A DNA stretch of 64,000 nt from a candidate division FCPU426 bacterium (GTDB lineage Bacteria > Oederibacteriota > Muellerivitia > Muellerivitales > Muellerivitaceae). Made by a program: the position numbers and the translations under genes. A model generated the notes under the pieces. That model was not told the origin of the DNA. It made no database searches and worked only from the letters and a program-made list of their open reading frames with translations. Positions 9,746 through 19,292 of this stretch are shown one piece after another. Numbering within the stretch: the stretch's first letter is position 1; every line of letters begins with the position of its first letter. The stretch spans positions 704,001 to 768,000 of the forward strand of contig CAVRAL010000004.1 in the NCBI GenBank assembly GCA_963719085.1. The letters run 5' to 3'.

Positions 9746-12700
9746 TCGATTTCTTCCAGTTGGTAATAAGGGCGCATGGCGGGATCCTGCGCCTTGCGCT
9801 CCCCGCGCTCCGCCGCGCCCGGCCCGCAAAGGGAACGGTAATCACAACGCGCGCAATCTTTTCCCGCTGCCGGAAAAAGCCCCGTCTCCACGCTTTCCAC
9901 CACCGGCTGGATGACTTTCAAAAGGGTTTTTTGAAGCGCTTGGGGATTTTCGCTTTCATAAACCACCTGACGGTACTTGCCTTTGCGGGTGATGAAATCG
10001 TAGAGGGCGGTTTTGGCCGGTTTCTGGGGCCTCATTTGCTGCAGGGCCCAAAGATAAAAGGGAAGCTGTAGTTTGGTGCCGGCCTTTAGTTTTTGATCGC
10101 TAAAGCCCGTGTCCGAACCAGTTTTATAATCCACCACGCGAAACGCCGAACCATCCCGGGCTTCATCGACCCGGTCGATGAAGCCTTGCAGCTTAATCTC
10201 GCCGCCTTCCAAGGGAAACGAAACAGGCGTCCCGGCGTCTTTCGCCGCCGTCGAAGAGCCGAAAGCCGCCTCAAGTTCCACGGGTTTCCATTCGGGATCC
10301 TCTAAAATTTTTTCCAAAACTTCTTTTAAGTCTTCCTTGATTCGCCCTTGCTCCCAAATCCAAAGGGCGGGAGCGCCGGTGACGCCTTCTTTCGTGAAAC
10401 GCTCGAAATGTTTATCCCTAATCTCGTCCAGCGCCGACAAAGCCTCCGCTTGGGGGACTTTCTTTTTTTCAAACCATTTTTCTTTCAGGCCCCGCTCCAG
10501 GGTTTCTTCCAAAATACCGTGCATCAATTGGCCCCGGTCGGCCCCTTCCAATTGCAAAACCCGGTCCGGCTCGGGTATCACGGTGAGGCGCAGGACATAT
10601 TTGTAAAAATAACGCAGGGGACAGGCCGCGAAGGTTTCCAGCCTTGACGCGGAAACCGCCCTCAATCGGGGCGAGTCTTTTTCTCTCAAAATTTTGCGGG
10701 CGGCGGGGCCGCTGATTTTCCCGTCGTAAGCGGTGAAAACCGGGAAGGCCTGCCGCTGCTTCAAAAGCTTCGCGCCTTCAAAATAAAAGGGCCTCTCTTT
10801 GGCCAGCGCCAAAGCCGCGGCCGGGCTTCCGAAACGAGCCTGCTGAAAAGCCGTCAAAAGCCGCTCCAACTCGTCAGCGCAATGGGCGAGGTCGGGCTTC
10901 GCCCAATCCTGGACTGGTAATGTTTTGACAAACCCGCCGGCTTCTTCCAACCGGAAAAGTCTTTTTCCGGTTACCGCCTCAGCCGCCTCAAAAAGATACA
11001 AGGAAGGGGTGCGGGGGGATCCGGTCAGCGGATTGAGTGAGGGTGCCGTCAAAATGAGGGCTTTACGCGCGCTTCGCACCGCCAGCAGAAACAACAAACG
11101 CTCTTCAAGCGCGCCTTCTTTTTTTAAAGCCATCCGGTGGGAAGGTTCGGGCAGATGGGCGTCAAAATTGAAAGCTCCCTGCTTGGCTTTGGCCAAAGCT
11201 GAATTTTGAAGCGCCCGGGCTTGCCGGTTGATCTCTTCCCGTTCAATGTCCAATAAAAGCGGATCCTGCCGGACCAATCGGGGAATGGATTTTTCCACCA
11301 ACCCGGGCAAGGCCACCAGTTCAAAGGATACGCCGCGCGCCTGCATCAAATCGTAGAGGGGCACTCCGTTGGGCCCAGCCGGCTCCTGCGGATTTTTCGT
11401 TTCCTGAAGGAGCGCCGCCAACACCGCGCGAAATTCGTCGACGGGTAGCGCCTTGCTGAAAAAATGGCTAAAAAGGGCGAAGTTTTCCAGGAGGGCGACA
11501 ATTGCTTTCCGGCGGGAAGCGGCTGGTTCAGTGTCCGCTTTCATCACTTTTTGAACCATTTCCTTCAAGACACCGGCCTTGCCGCTCCAATCCTTCATTT
11601 TTCGAAAAGCGTCCCCGGCTTTGAAAAGACTCTCCAAAACCTTTTGAAAAGATTCGGCCGCTTCTAATCCCGCCGGGAATTCCTCTTTTTCCCGGAGCAT
11701 TTCCCTTCGCTTGTTTTTTTTCCAAGCCAAAAGACGGCGGCGCCATTCCACCCGGCCTTCCACCACCTTGGCTTCGCGGCTAATCCCGTCCCAGGCCGAA
11801 GGGTTCCAGTCCTCCTCGCGGACCTCAAAAGCGTCCGACACTAGGTTTGGCATGGAAAGAAAATTCAAGGTTTCTTCCCGGGGAAAACCCCGCAAGTAAC
11901 AGTCCAGAAGCGATAATAAAGCCTTGCCTTCCAGCGTTTCTAAAAGCGGGCCCGGCAGAGGCTTGGCCAATGGGATCTTTTGGTCCTCAAAGGCCTGCGG
12001 CAAAATTTTCCGGTAAGACTCGGGATCGCGCAAAAGAACCGCGCCCTCGTTTAAAGCCAGGGACCCGGCCTCAGCCTGGGATAAGATGCCCCGAGCGATT
12101 TCCTTTCCCTCCCGAGACTCGCCCGGGCACAGAAAAATTTTGAAATCGGAAACGTCAAAAGGCTCTTCGATGTCGGGATTTTCGGAAGCTAAAGAGGATT
12201 CTCGAAACAGGTGGTTTTTTAACCGGGACAGGGGACTAGGGGTTTCCGGCGCAAAATGACCTTCTTCAATGACCCGGCCCAAATCTTTGGCCCATTCCAC
12301 GAAAGGCTTGGCGTATTCGAACGCCGGATGATCCTCATAGGGCACGAACCAGCGGCTGGAAGGTGAATGGGCCAAATGCAGCAATACTTTTTTTTGCAGG
12401 GGAGTGGCGTCATAAAAACCATAAATAAACACGGCGCCCGCGCCCGCCGGGGCCACTTCCAAGGCCTTAAAATAAAGATCTTCCCGGTCGAGGAATTGTC
12501 CCTTAGCCTTGAGGCCCTGGTAGCTCTCCAAAAGCGCCGCCAACTCGGCGGCTTTGCGGGAAAAACGCCGAAGCTTGCGGTCTCCCGTTTTTTTCCCGAA
12601 AGCCGCCAGACTTTTCAAGCTTTCGGAATTAAACAACCCTTCCCGGATTTCGGCCAAGGTTTTTCGAAGCGCCCGGTAAAAGCCGGGTGTCTCGCGGACA

Positions 12701-13032
12701 GCTTGAAAAACGGACCCTGTCTTAAGCGTTCGGCCGGCGGCTTCCTTTAAAACCCAGGGCGTCAAAACCTCGGGCAAAACTTGCGATCCTTCGGCCAGAA
12801 TTTTTTCCTGGGTGAAGTCCCCTAAGTAATGGTGCAAGGTATGGACTTGGGTATTGAATACGGATTCCTGTTTTTCGGCCAACACCCGTTTTAAATGGCC
12901 GACCAAAAGAACGTTGGGTACCAGAATGAGCAAGGGTCCCAGGGGATCTTGGGCGCGGTGCGCCGCGTAAGCTTGCGCCAGTTTTTCCTCGAGAAAGGGC
13001 TGATAGGGTCCGAGATAAAGGGAAAAACTCAT
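9742..13032 (-). CDS. addB: AddB-type inactive-helicase/PD-(D/E)XK nuclease with Fe-S staple
   Basis: ACPLRY..GFIDRVD..VVDYKTG..QLPFY..CARCDYRSLC; directly upstream of addA. Confidence 0.88.
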   Translation of the reverse strand: MSFSLYLGPYQPFLEEKLAQAYAAHRAQDPLGPLLILVPNVLLVGHLKRVLAEKQESVFNTQVHTLHHYLGDFTQEKILAEGSQVLPEVLTPWVLKEAAGRTLKTGSVFQAVRETPGFYRALRKTLAEIREGLFNSESLKSLAAFGKKTGDRKLRRFSRKAAELAALLESYQGLKAKGQFLDREDLYFKALEVAPAGAGAVFIYGFYDATPLQKKVLLHLAHSPSSRWFVPYEDHPAFEYAKPFVEWAKDLGRVIEEGHFAPETPSPLSRLKNHLFRESSLASENPDIEEPFDVSDFKIFLCPGESREGKEIARGILSQAEAGSLALNEGAVLLRDPESYRKILPQAFEDQKIPLAKPLPGPLLETLEGKALLSLLDCYLRGFPREETLNFLSMPNLVSDAFEVREEDWNPSAWDGISREAKVVEGRVEWRRRLLAWKKNKRREMLREKEEFPAGLEAAESFQKVLESLFKAGDAFRKMKDWSGKAGVLKEMVQKVMKADTEPAASRRKAIVALLENFALFSHFFSKALPVDEFRAVLAALLQETKNPQEPAGPNGVPLYDLMQARGVSFELVALPGLVEKSIPRLVRQDPLLLDIEREEINRQARALQNSALAKAKQGAFNFDAHLPEPSHRMALKKEGALEERLLFLLAVRSARKALILTAPSLNPLTGSPRTPSLYLFEAAEAVTGKRLFRLEEAGGFVKTLPVQDWAKPDLAHCADELERLLTAFQQARFGSPAAALALAKERPFYFEGAKLLKQRQAFPVFTAYDGKISGPAARKILREKDSPRLRAVSASRLETFAACPLRYFYKYVLRLTVIPEPDRVLQLEGADRGQLMHGILEETLERGLKEKWFEKKKVPQAEALSALDEIRDKHFERFTKEGVTGAPALWIWEQGRIKEDLKEVLEKILEDPEWKPVELEAAFGSSTAAKDAGTPVSFPLEGGEIKLQGFIDRVDEARDGSAFRVVDYKTGSDTGFSDQKLKAGTKLQLPFYLWALQQMRPQKPAKTALYDFITRKGKYRQVVYESENPQALQKTLLKVIQPVVESVETGLFPAAGKDCARCDYRSLCGPGAAERGERKAQDPAMRPYYQLEEIE

Positions 13033-13186
13033 TCAAAATCCTCAGATTACTTGAAGTTAACCCGCAAAAGGGGCCTTTGCGAGCGGGTACGGTTCACTCT
13101 TACGGGCTCATTATATATAATCCTTCTTCCCAAAGGCTTTTGGCTTTGATTGAAGCTGGCCCGAATTGATTCAAAAGGAATTTTTT

Positions 13187-14029
13187 ATGCCCCGTGAAAT
13201 CCTCATCGCCGACGCCGCCGGTTTTTGTTTCGGCGTCAAACGCGCCATTGAGAAGGCCGAAACCATGGACAAGGCCTATATCTTCGGCTCGCTCATCCAT
13301 AACCCCCAGGAAGTGGCCAGGCTCGCCTCGTTGAATAAAAAAATCGTTCATTCACTGGAAGAGGTGCAGGACAACCGGGTGGTCATCACCGCCCACGGCC
13401 TGGATATTAACGTGATTGGGACCATGAAAGAAAAAGGTTTGGAAATCGTCGACACCACCTGCCCCTTGGTCACCAAAATCTATAAAGAGGGCGAGAAACT
13501 GCAAGGCCAGGGCTTGCGCATCGTCATTATCGGCGATCCCAAGCATGTCGAGGTCAAAGGCATCGCTAGCCGCATGAAAGACGCCCTTATCGTTTATTAC
13601 GAGGAAGATATCCAAAAGGTCCCGGCCGACGCCCGCATCGGCGTGGTTTGCCAAAGCACGCTCTTGATGGAAAAATTCGATAAGTTCGTGACATTGCTGA
13701 AAGCCCATTGCGCCGAGGTCACCGTCAGCAATACTATTTGCAAGCCCACCAAGGACCGCCAAACCGCCGCCGCCGCCCTTTCCAAAAACGTGGAAATTAT
13801 GGTGGTCATCGGGGGGCGCAACTCGTCCAATACCCACAAGTTGGCGGATACCTGCAAAATGAACCTGCCGGACGCCACGCATCATATTGAGACCGCCCAA
13901 GAGCTGGAATCCAAATGGTTCGAGGGAAAACAGCGGGTGGGGATCACCGCCGGGGCCTCGACGCCGGATTATTTGATTGAGGAAGTTATCGCGAAAATCA
14001 GGTCTTACGATTCTTTAATTCCCGCCTGA
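13187..14029 (+). CDS. ispH: 4-hydroxy-3-methylbut-2-enyl diphosphate reductase
   Basis: GFCFGVKRA, DTTCPLV, TICKPT, SSNT, GITAGASTP; AAGGA RBS before ATG 13187. Confidence 0.96.
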   Translation: MPREILIADAAGFCFGVKRAIEKAETMDKAYIFGSLIHNPQEVARLASLNKKIVHSLEEVQDNRVVITAHGLDINVIGTMKEKGLEIVDTTCPLVTKIYKEGEKLQGQGLRIVIIGDPKHVEVKGIASRMKDALIVYYEEDIQKVPADARIGVVCQSTLLMEKFDKFVTLLKAHCAEVTVSNTICKPTKDRQTAAAALSKNVEIMVVIGGRNSSNTHKLADTCKMNLPDATHHIETAQELESKWFEGKQRVGITAGASTPDYLIEEVIAKIRSYDSLIPA

Positions 14030-14085
14030 TCCTTACGGTTTACTCAGTCGAAGGCGCCCCTCCTTCTAAAACGAGGAATCCCTCC

Positions 14086-14451
14086 ATGGACAGCCCAACC
14101 GCCGAAAAATTCGCCGCCGAGTGGATCACCGCTTGGAACCGGCACGATCTAGCCGCCATTCTACAGCATTACGCCGACAACGTGGTCTTTACGTCCCCCT
14201 TCGTGGTGAAGCTGATGGGAGACGCGGCGGGAACCTTGCGGGGAAAAGAAGCTTTGCGGTTTTACTTCGCGAAGGGCTTGGCGGCTTACCCTGATTTAAA
14301 ATTCAAACCCCTGGGCGTTTTAGCCGGCGTGAATAGTTTGGTGGTTTATTACGAAAGCGTGGGCGGAAGATTGTCGGCGGAATTTATGGAATTGGACGCT
14401 CAAGGAAAAGTCTCGCGGGTTCAAGCCCATTACCAGAATCCCCGCGCTTAA
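14086..14451 (+). CDS. SnoaL/NTF2-like protein
   Basis: WITAWNRHDL..HYADNVVFTSP pattern; GAGG RBS. Confidence 0.85.
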   Translation: MDSPTAEKFAAEWITAWNRHDLAAILQHYADNVVFTSPFVVKLMGDAAGTLRGKEALRFYFAKGLAAYPDLKFKPLGVLAGVNSLVVYYESVGGRLSAEFMELDAQGKVSRVQAHYQNPRA

Positions 14452-14453
14452 AA

Positions 14454-15467
14454 TTAAAGTCCCACGGCCCGCATCCAAGCGTCCAACACTTGGGCGTTGC
14501 CCAAACTATCTTTCCAAGTCATAAAAGGCGATTCTTGCAAACCTCGTTGAAGCGCGGACCCCACCGCGTCCACCTCGAGCGAGTAAAGGCTTTGGCGCGA
14601 CCGAAGGGTAATAACTTGGGGACGGGCGCCGGCGCGGTAAACCTGAATTTTAGCGGCCGCCGGGTCAAACCGATCCGCGTGCCAGGGCGACGGTACGTGG
14701 ATCCAACCCTTGGATCCAAAAAGCGAGACTCCCACCGGGCGTCGGACCCGGTTGGCGCAGGAAAGTTCGGCTAGGATGCCGTTGGGAAATTTCAAGGACG
14801 CCAACGCAAACTCATCCACCCGGCTTTGGCTTCCCACCACGCCCAGCCCCTTGACTTCCAAAGGCTCGGCGAAAGCTTTGCCCAAGGCCGCGCCGGCTAA
14901 AAGCCGGGCCATGGAAACGGGATAACAGCCCACATCCCAAATCGCGCCCCCACCCAGGGCTCGGTTAAATAAACGGCCTTTCAAATCCACCGGACGCTCA
15001 AAACAAAAAGACGCCTGGATCAGCTTCAATTCCCCGATGGCTTTGTTCCTTATGAGTTCCACCAACTTGGCGGTCTGGGGATGACAGCGGTACATGAAGG
15101 CTTCCATGAAAAAAACTTTGTGGCTTTTGGCGGCCTGGATGACCCGCCGGGCCGCCGGATAATGAAGGGTCAGGGGTTTTTCACAAAGGATATGTTTTCC
15201 CGCGCGGGCGGCTTGAAGCGCCCATTCGGCGTGAAAAGCGTGGGGAGTGGCGATATAGAGGACGTCCACAAAGGGATCATGCAAAAGCTTCTTATAACTG
15301 CCGTAGGCCATGGGGATTTTGTGGCGCCGGGCGAAGCTTTCCGCCTTCGCCGGGGACCGGCTGGCCACGGCTCCCAAAATGCCCATTTTGGACTCCAAAA
15401 CCGCCTTGGCGAAAAGATCGGCGATATGGCCGGTGGACAATATTCCCCAATTGATTTTCTGTTTCAT
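14454..15467 (-). CDS. Gfo/Idh/MocA family oxidoreductase
   Basis: WGILSTGHIA, YIATPH, CEKP, GGGAIWDVGCY; start at MKQK with AAGGAAG RBS. Confidence 0.9.
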   Translation of the reverse strand: MKQKINWGILSTGHIADLFAKAVLESKMGILGAVASRSPAKAESFARRHKIPMAYGSYKKLLHDPFVDVLYIATPHAFHAEWALQAARAGKHILCEKPLTLHYPAARRVIQAAKSHKVFFMEAFMYRCHPQTAKLVELIRNKAIGELKLIQASFCFERPVDLKGRLFNRALGGGAIWDVGCYPVSMARLLAGAALGKAFAEPLEVKGLGVVGSQSRVDEFALASLKFPNGILAELSCANRVRRPVGVSLFGSKGWIHVPSPWHADRFDPAAAKIQVYRAGARPQVITLRSRQSLYSLEVDAVGSALQRGLQESPFMTWKDSLGNAQVLDAWMRAVGL

Positions 15468-15758
15468 CGGCTTCCTTGAACGCCCCTTCATAGGCCTTAA
15501 CCTCAGGGAGCGGGGCCACATTGTACCAACGCCGGGGCGCCGCGCAACAAGAGGCCTTTATTTTTAGTTCAAGTGAAACTTGAGGCTCGTTCAATTTTTG
15601 CCAACCGAGGGAAAACGACCTTCCCACTTTTAACCGCTTTGGGGTTCAAGCCGGGCTCCCAAGAGGCCTATGCTAAAGACAGGTCAAAAGAGTTTCTTCA
15701 TCGACATTTCAACCGCTTGAAATACGGTTGCATGCCCAAATCCCGCAAGGAGTGGTAA

Positions 15759-17924
15759 ATGCAACAAATTCAAGTCGCCCTCGTTCCCCCGGTTCAACAA
15801 TCTTTCTTGGTGCAGCTGGCCCGTGATTTCCGCTCGGCCTTGAGCTATCTTTCGTTTTATTCCAGCGACAGCCCCTTTGTGGTGGGCGCCATCCGCAAGC
15901 TTCACAAAGATTTACAACGGCTCCTCAATACGGTGAATCCATTGGTGCTTTACCGGCAGGATGGATCGCTTTTCGCCAACGGTTCGGCGCTCAATGAAAC
16001 CGGGGATCTGTTGAAAATTTTCGAGGAAAAAAAATGGGATGCGGTGCTTATTGAAAACGGCCTGGCTTACAACGAATGGGTCTCCTGGCTGCGCCATATG
16101 GCTTTTCCCTTCGAGGAAAATCAAAGTCAAAGTGTTCCTTGGGAGCACTTGCGCCAAATTGAGTTGACCGATTTTATTTTGGAAGAAGCGCCGGCGGCCG
16201 CCTTCGTGGAAGTGCCCGAGGTCACGGCCGTGAACGCGGTGGACATCGCGTTGGAAGCCATCGCCGCCGAATTGCCCGCCGCGCCGACCGAAGAGGACAA
16301 TATTAAAGTCGAGGAGGCCTTCTCGCCCGAATCGCTTCAACCCAATTTATCCGGGGCCCAAATGGAAGAAGTCCCCGCCGCCGCCGAATCCATCCCGGCG
16401 CCGGCGGCCGAAAATCAACCCGCTCAATCCAGCGAAGCGCTTGGCGCGGCCCTTTTGGCCACCGTGGCCGAGGCCTGGCACTTTTCCCGCCTCCTCAAAA
16501 AAACGCCGCGGGAAACCGATGAAAAACTCGCTTTGGATAAAGCGAATTCCCAATTTTTCAACCATCTGTTGGATCGGTTGGATACCGCTTCTCCGGACTT
16601 GAAGGGCATTGTCCAATGGTTCCGCACGTCCCAAGGCGATGTGGTGGACAACGACGCGGTCTTGGCCATGGTGCCTTTGATGGAAATCGCGATTCATCAC
16701 CAGTGGACCGTGGTTCTTTTTGATCCGGCCACCGAAGGCCTGGTGAATGACTGCTTGGGCTTGTGGGGCGCCCAAGGCAATCAGGAACTGGTGGAAAAAA
16801 CCGTGACCGCCTTAGCCGAGGGGCTCAACCGCACCGAATCCGAACGGCGCATCGCCTTGACCCATTTGATGGATGCCCGGCCCTGGGTGCATGATCCGGC
16901 CCTTTTGGGAAAAGTTTTGGAGCAGCTTTGCCATTTACTCAGCGCTGAAAAAAATCCGGGCGTCTACCAAAGCGCCCTGCTTTCGGCTTGGGACTTGGTG
17001 GAACCCGCCCTCGAGACCAACAACGAAAACTCGGCCCTGAGCCTTTTATCCACCCTTCATTTTCACGCGGATGACGATGAGCCCTCGTCCGAGTTCCCGG
17101 AAAGGGCTTCCATCGCCCGGCATTGGCTTTTTGAGCGCTCCAATCCCGATCTCATTCGCCGCATGGCCGCTTGCGCCTATCAAGCCGGCCGGCTGGATCA
17201 TTTCCCCCTTTTAGGCGAGATGGCCGCGCCGCTTTTGCTCGAGGACTATCAAAACGCCGAACCGGACGAAAAGGGGATGCTTTTGGAACTTTTCGCCGAG
17301 ATGAGCGATCCCTTGCGCTCGGTCTTGACTGAGCGGGTCGCCGATCTGGAGACGCCCGAGGATCTGCGTTTGCTGATGCCGGTTTTAAAAACCGCCGGCA
17401 TGGACGCCGTTCTGTCCTTCCAGCTGTCCCCCTGGTTTTCCAGGGGCGACCGGGAATTTAAACTGAACCTGATCGGTTTGATTGAGCAGATCGGAAACTC
17501 CGAGGGAGGTCCCGCCCTTCGTCTGGCGCTTTTTGACGATTCGGAGGAGATTGCCTCGGAAGCCGCCAAGGTCCTGGGCAAGATCGGCTTCACGCCCGCC
17601 GGGCCGGTTCTCATTAAGGCTTTGAAGCTTCGGCAAAGCCGCGGACCTGACCATGAGCAATTTTCCATCGAGGTTTGCCGGGCGCTGGGCCATTTGGGAC
17701 AGCCGGAGAATATTTCCTTTTTAGAGGAGATGGCCAAGAAAAAATCCCTCTTCCGGGGAGCCAACGCGCCCTTGCCGGTGAGGCTGGCCGCCATCGAGGC
17801 TTTAGGGGAGATCAATCAACCCGCGGTCTGGGAATTTTTTGAGTCTTTGGCCGCCGAAAAAAATCCGGAACTTCAACAAACTTTGGACAAGATCATCCAC
17901 TCCAAGGCCGCTCAAGCGGTTTAA
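15759..17924 (+). CDS. HEAT-repeat protein with acidic Ala/Pro/Glu-rich linker
   Basis: C-terminal repeats (AAKVLGKIG, CRALGHLG, VRLAAIEALG); AAGGAG RBS. Confidence 0.75.
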   Translation: MQQIQVALVPPVQQSFLVQLARDFRSALSYLSFYSSDSPFVVGAIRKLHKDLQRLLNTVNPLVLYRQDGSLFANGSALNETGDLLKIFEEKKWDAVLIENGLAYNEWVSWLRHMAFPFEENQSQSVPWEHLRQIELTDFILEEAPAAAFVEVPEVTAVNAVDIALEAIAAELPAAPTEEDNIKVEEAFSPESLQPNLSGAQMEEVPAAAESIPAPAAENQPAQSSEALGAALLATVAEAWHFSRLLKKTPRETDEKLALDKANSQFFNHLLDRLDTASPDLKGIVQWFRTSQGDVVDNDAVLAMVPLMEIAIHHQWTVVLFDPATEGLVNDCLGLWGAQGNQELVEKTVTALAEGLNRTESERRIALTHLMDARPWVHDPALLGKVLEQLCHLLSAEKNPGVYQSALLSAWDLVEPALETNNENSALSLLSTLHFHADDDEPSSEFPERASIARHWLFERSNPDLIRRMAACAYQAGRLDHFPLLGEMAAPLLLEDYQNAEPDEKGMLLELFAEMSDPLRSVLTERVADLETPEDLRLLMPVLKTAGMDAVLSFQLSPWFSRGDREFKLNLIGLIEQIGNSEGGPALRLALFDDSEEIASEAAKVLGKIGFTPAGPVLIKALKLRQSRGPDHEQFSIEVCRALGHLGQPENISFLEEMAKKKSLFRGANAPLPVRLAAIEALGEINQPAVWEFFESLAAEKNPELQQTLDKIIHSKAAQAV

Positions 17925-17970
17925 CCAAAAAACCGCGACGGGAGACCGCGCTTCTCTCCCCACGCGGCCC

Positions 17971-18008
17971 AAACCCCTTTCGTCCCAAGACGAAAGGGGT
18001 TTATTTTT
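17971..18008. terminator. Probable bidirectional intrinsic terminator between convergent genes
   Basis: AAACCCCTTTCGTC-ccaa-GACGAAAGGGGTTT perfect stem followed by T-rich run. Confidence 0.8.
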
Positions 18009-19276
18009 TAGTTTTCGGCCAACAACCTTTCCCACATATTTTCGTTCAATAAAATCCGATGAAGAAAATCCTGGTCCCCCGCGGACGGAGGATGGGAAAG
18101 CGGATTGGCCGGAATCCGAAGGGTAAAAATCGTTCCGCGCCCGGGTTCGGGGCCGGTTGAGGCCTCAATTTTTCCGCCGTGGTGATAAACGATGAAAAAG
18201 CAAGTCATCAAGTGAAGCCCGAAATCCTGGGGATTATGGCTGCGGACAAAAAACGGGTCAAAGACCGACTGCAGGGCCTCCGAGGACAATCCGGGACCAT
18301 TGTCGGACAATTGAATCTCGATTTCCGCCGGGCCCTGCGCCGGGCCTACCGCTTTGGCTGAAATTTTAACCTCTCCCCCTTCGGGCAGGTTCGCGGACTC
18401 ATCCTCCAAAAGAAGCTCGAAGAGACGATGAAACTTGGCGCCGTCCACTTTCATGAGGGGCAACTGGGCCGAAACCAAATTCTCGACTTTAATTTTTCGT
18501 TTGGCGAGGGAAGATTCGAGTTTTTTCAAGCTCTCATTCACCACGTCCTGGAGCTTCACTTCATCCGGAAAATCATATTTCGGTTTCTCGGAGGCTTCCC
18601 ATAAATCGCTCAGAAGGAACGCCATCTTGTCCATTTGGCTTTGAACTTTTTTATAATAATCCTTCCAAAAGTCGGGATTACGCAACTGTTCCAAGTCAAT
18701 GTTCTCTTCTTTTAGTTTCTTCGGCGCCAGATCCAAGAATGTCTTCACCGCCACCATGGAGTTGCGGATATGGTGGCTTAAGCCGGTGGCCAAAATCCCC
18801 AAACTTAAAATACGGTCCGTCATCATCGTGTTGTGAAGCACGGACATTTTTTCACGCAATAACTGGTCCCGCTCGTTTTGAACGATGAAAAATTCAATGC
18901 CGCGACGCAGGGTATTCTCCAATTGGGGAATATCCCAAGGTTTGGTCACGTATTTATAGATCGCGCCCGTGTTGACCGCCTCAATGGCAGTTTCCAGGTC
19001 CGAATAGGCGGTCACCAATATCCGCAAGATCCGGGGATTGAGCTGACGGGCTTTTTCCAGAAACTGAATTCCCTTTTCCCCCGGCATACGCTGGTCCGTC
19101 ATCAGGACCGCTGTTTTATCCAAGTTCTCTTTAAGAATCCGAAATCCCTCATCGGCGCTGGGCGCCGTCAGGATGGGAAACTTATCCCCGAAGGTTTGGC
19201 GGAAATATTTGAGGGACTTTTCCTCATCATCCACGTAAAGCACATAATATTTTTTGTAATCGTAAAACGCGTCCAT
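18008..19276 (-). CDS. Receiver plus degenerate histidine-kinase protein (PhcR-like)
   Basis: REC (YVDDEE, MTDQRMP, TKPW), H-box GLSHHIRNS, DNGPG, FDPFF; no DNA-binding domain; AAGGAG RBS before ATG 19276. Confidence 0.85.
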   Translation of the reverse strand: MDAFYDYKKYYVLYVDDEEKSLKYFRQTFGDKFPILTAPSADEGFRILKENLDKTAVLMTDQRMPGEKGIQFLEKARQLNPRILRILVTAYSDLETAIEAVNTGAIYKYVTKPWDIPQLENTLRRGIEFFIVQNERDQLLREKMSVLHNTMMTDRILSLGILATGLSHHIRNSMVAVKTFLDLAPKKLKEENIDLEQLRNPDFWKDYYKKVQSQMDKMAFLLSDLWEASEKPKYDFPDEVKLQDVVNESLKKLESSLAKRKIKVENLVSAQLPLMKVDGAKFHRLFELLLEDESANLPEGGEVKISAKAVGPAQGPAEIEIQLSDNGPGLSSEALQSVFDPFFVRSHNPQDFGLHLMTCFFIVYHHGGKIEASTGPEPGRGTIFTLRIPANPLSHPPSAGDQDFLHRILLNENMWERLLAEN

Positions 19277-19292
19277 GATCGTCTCCTTCAAG

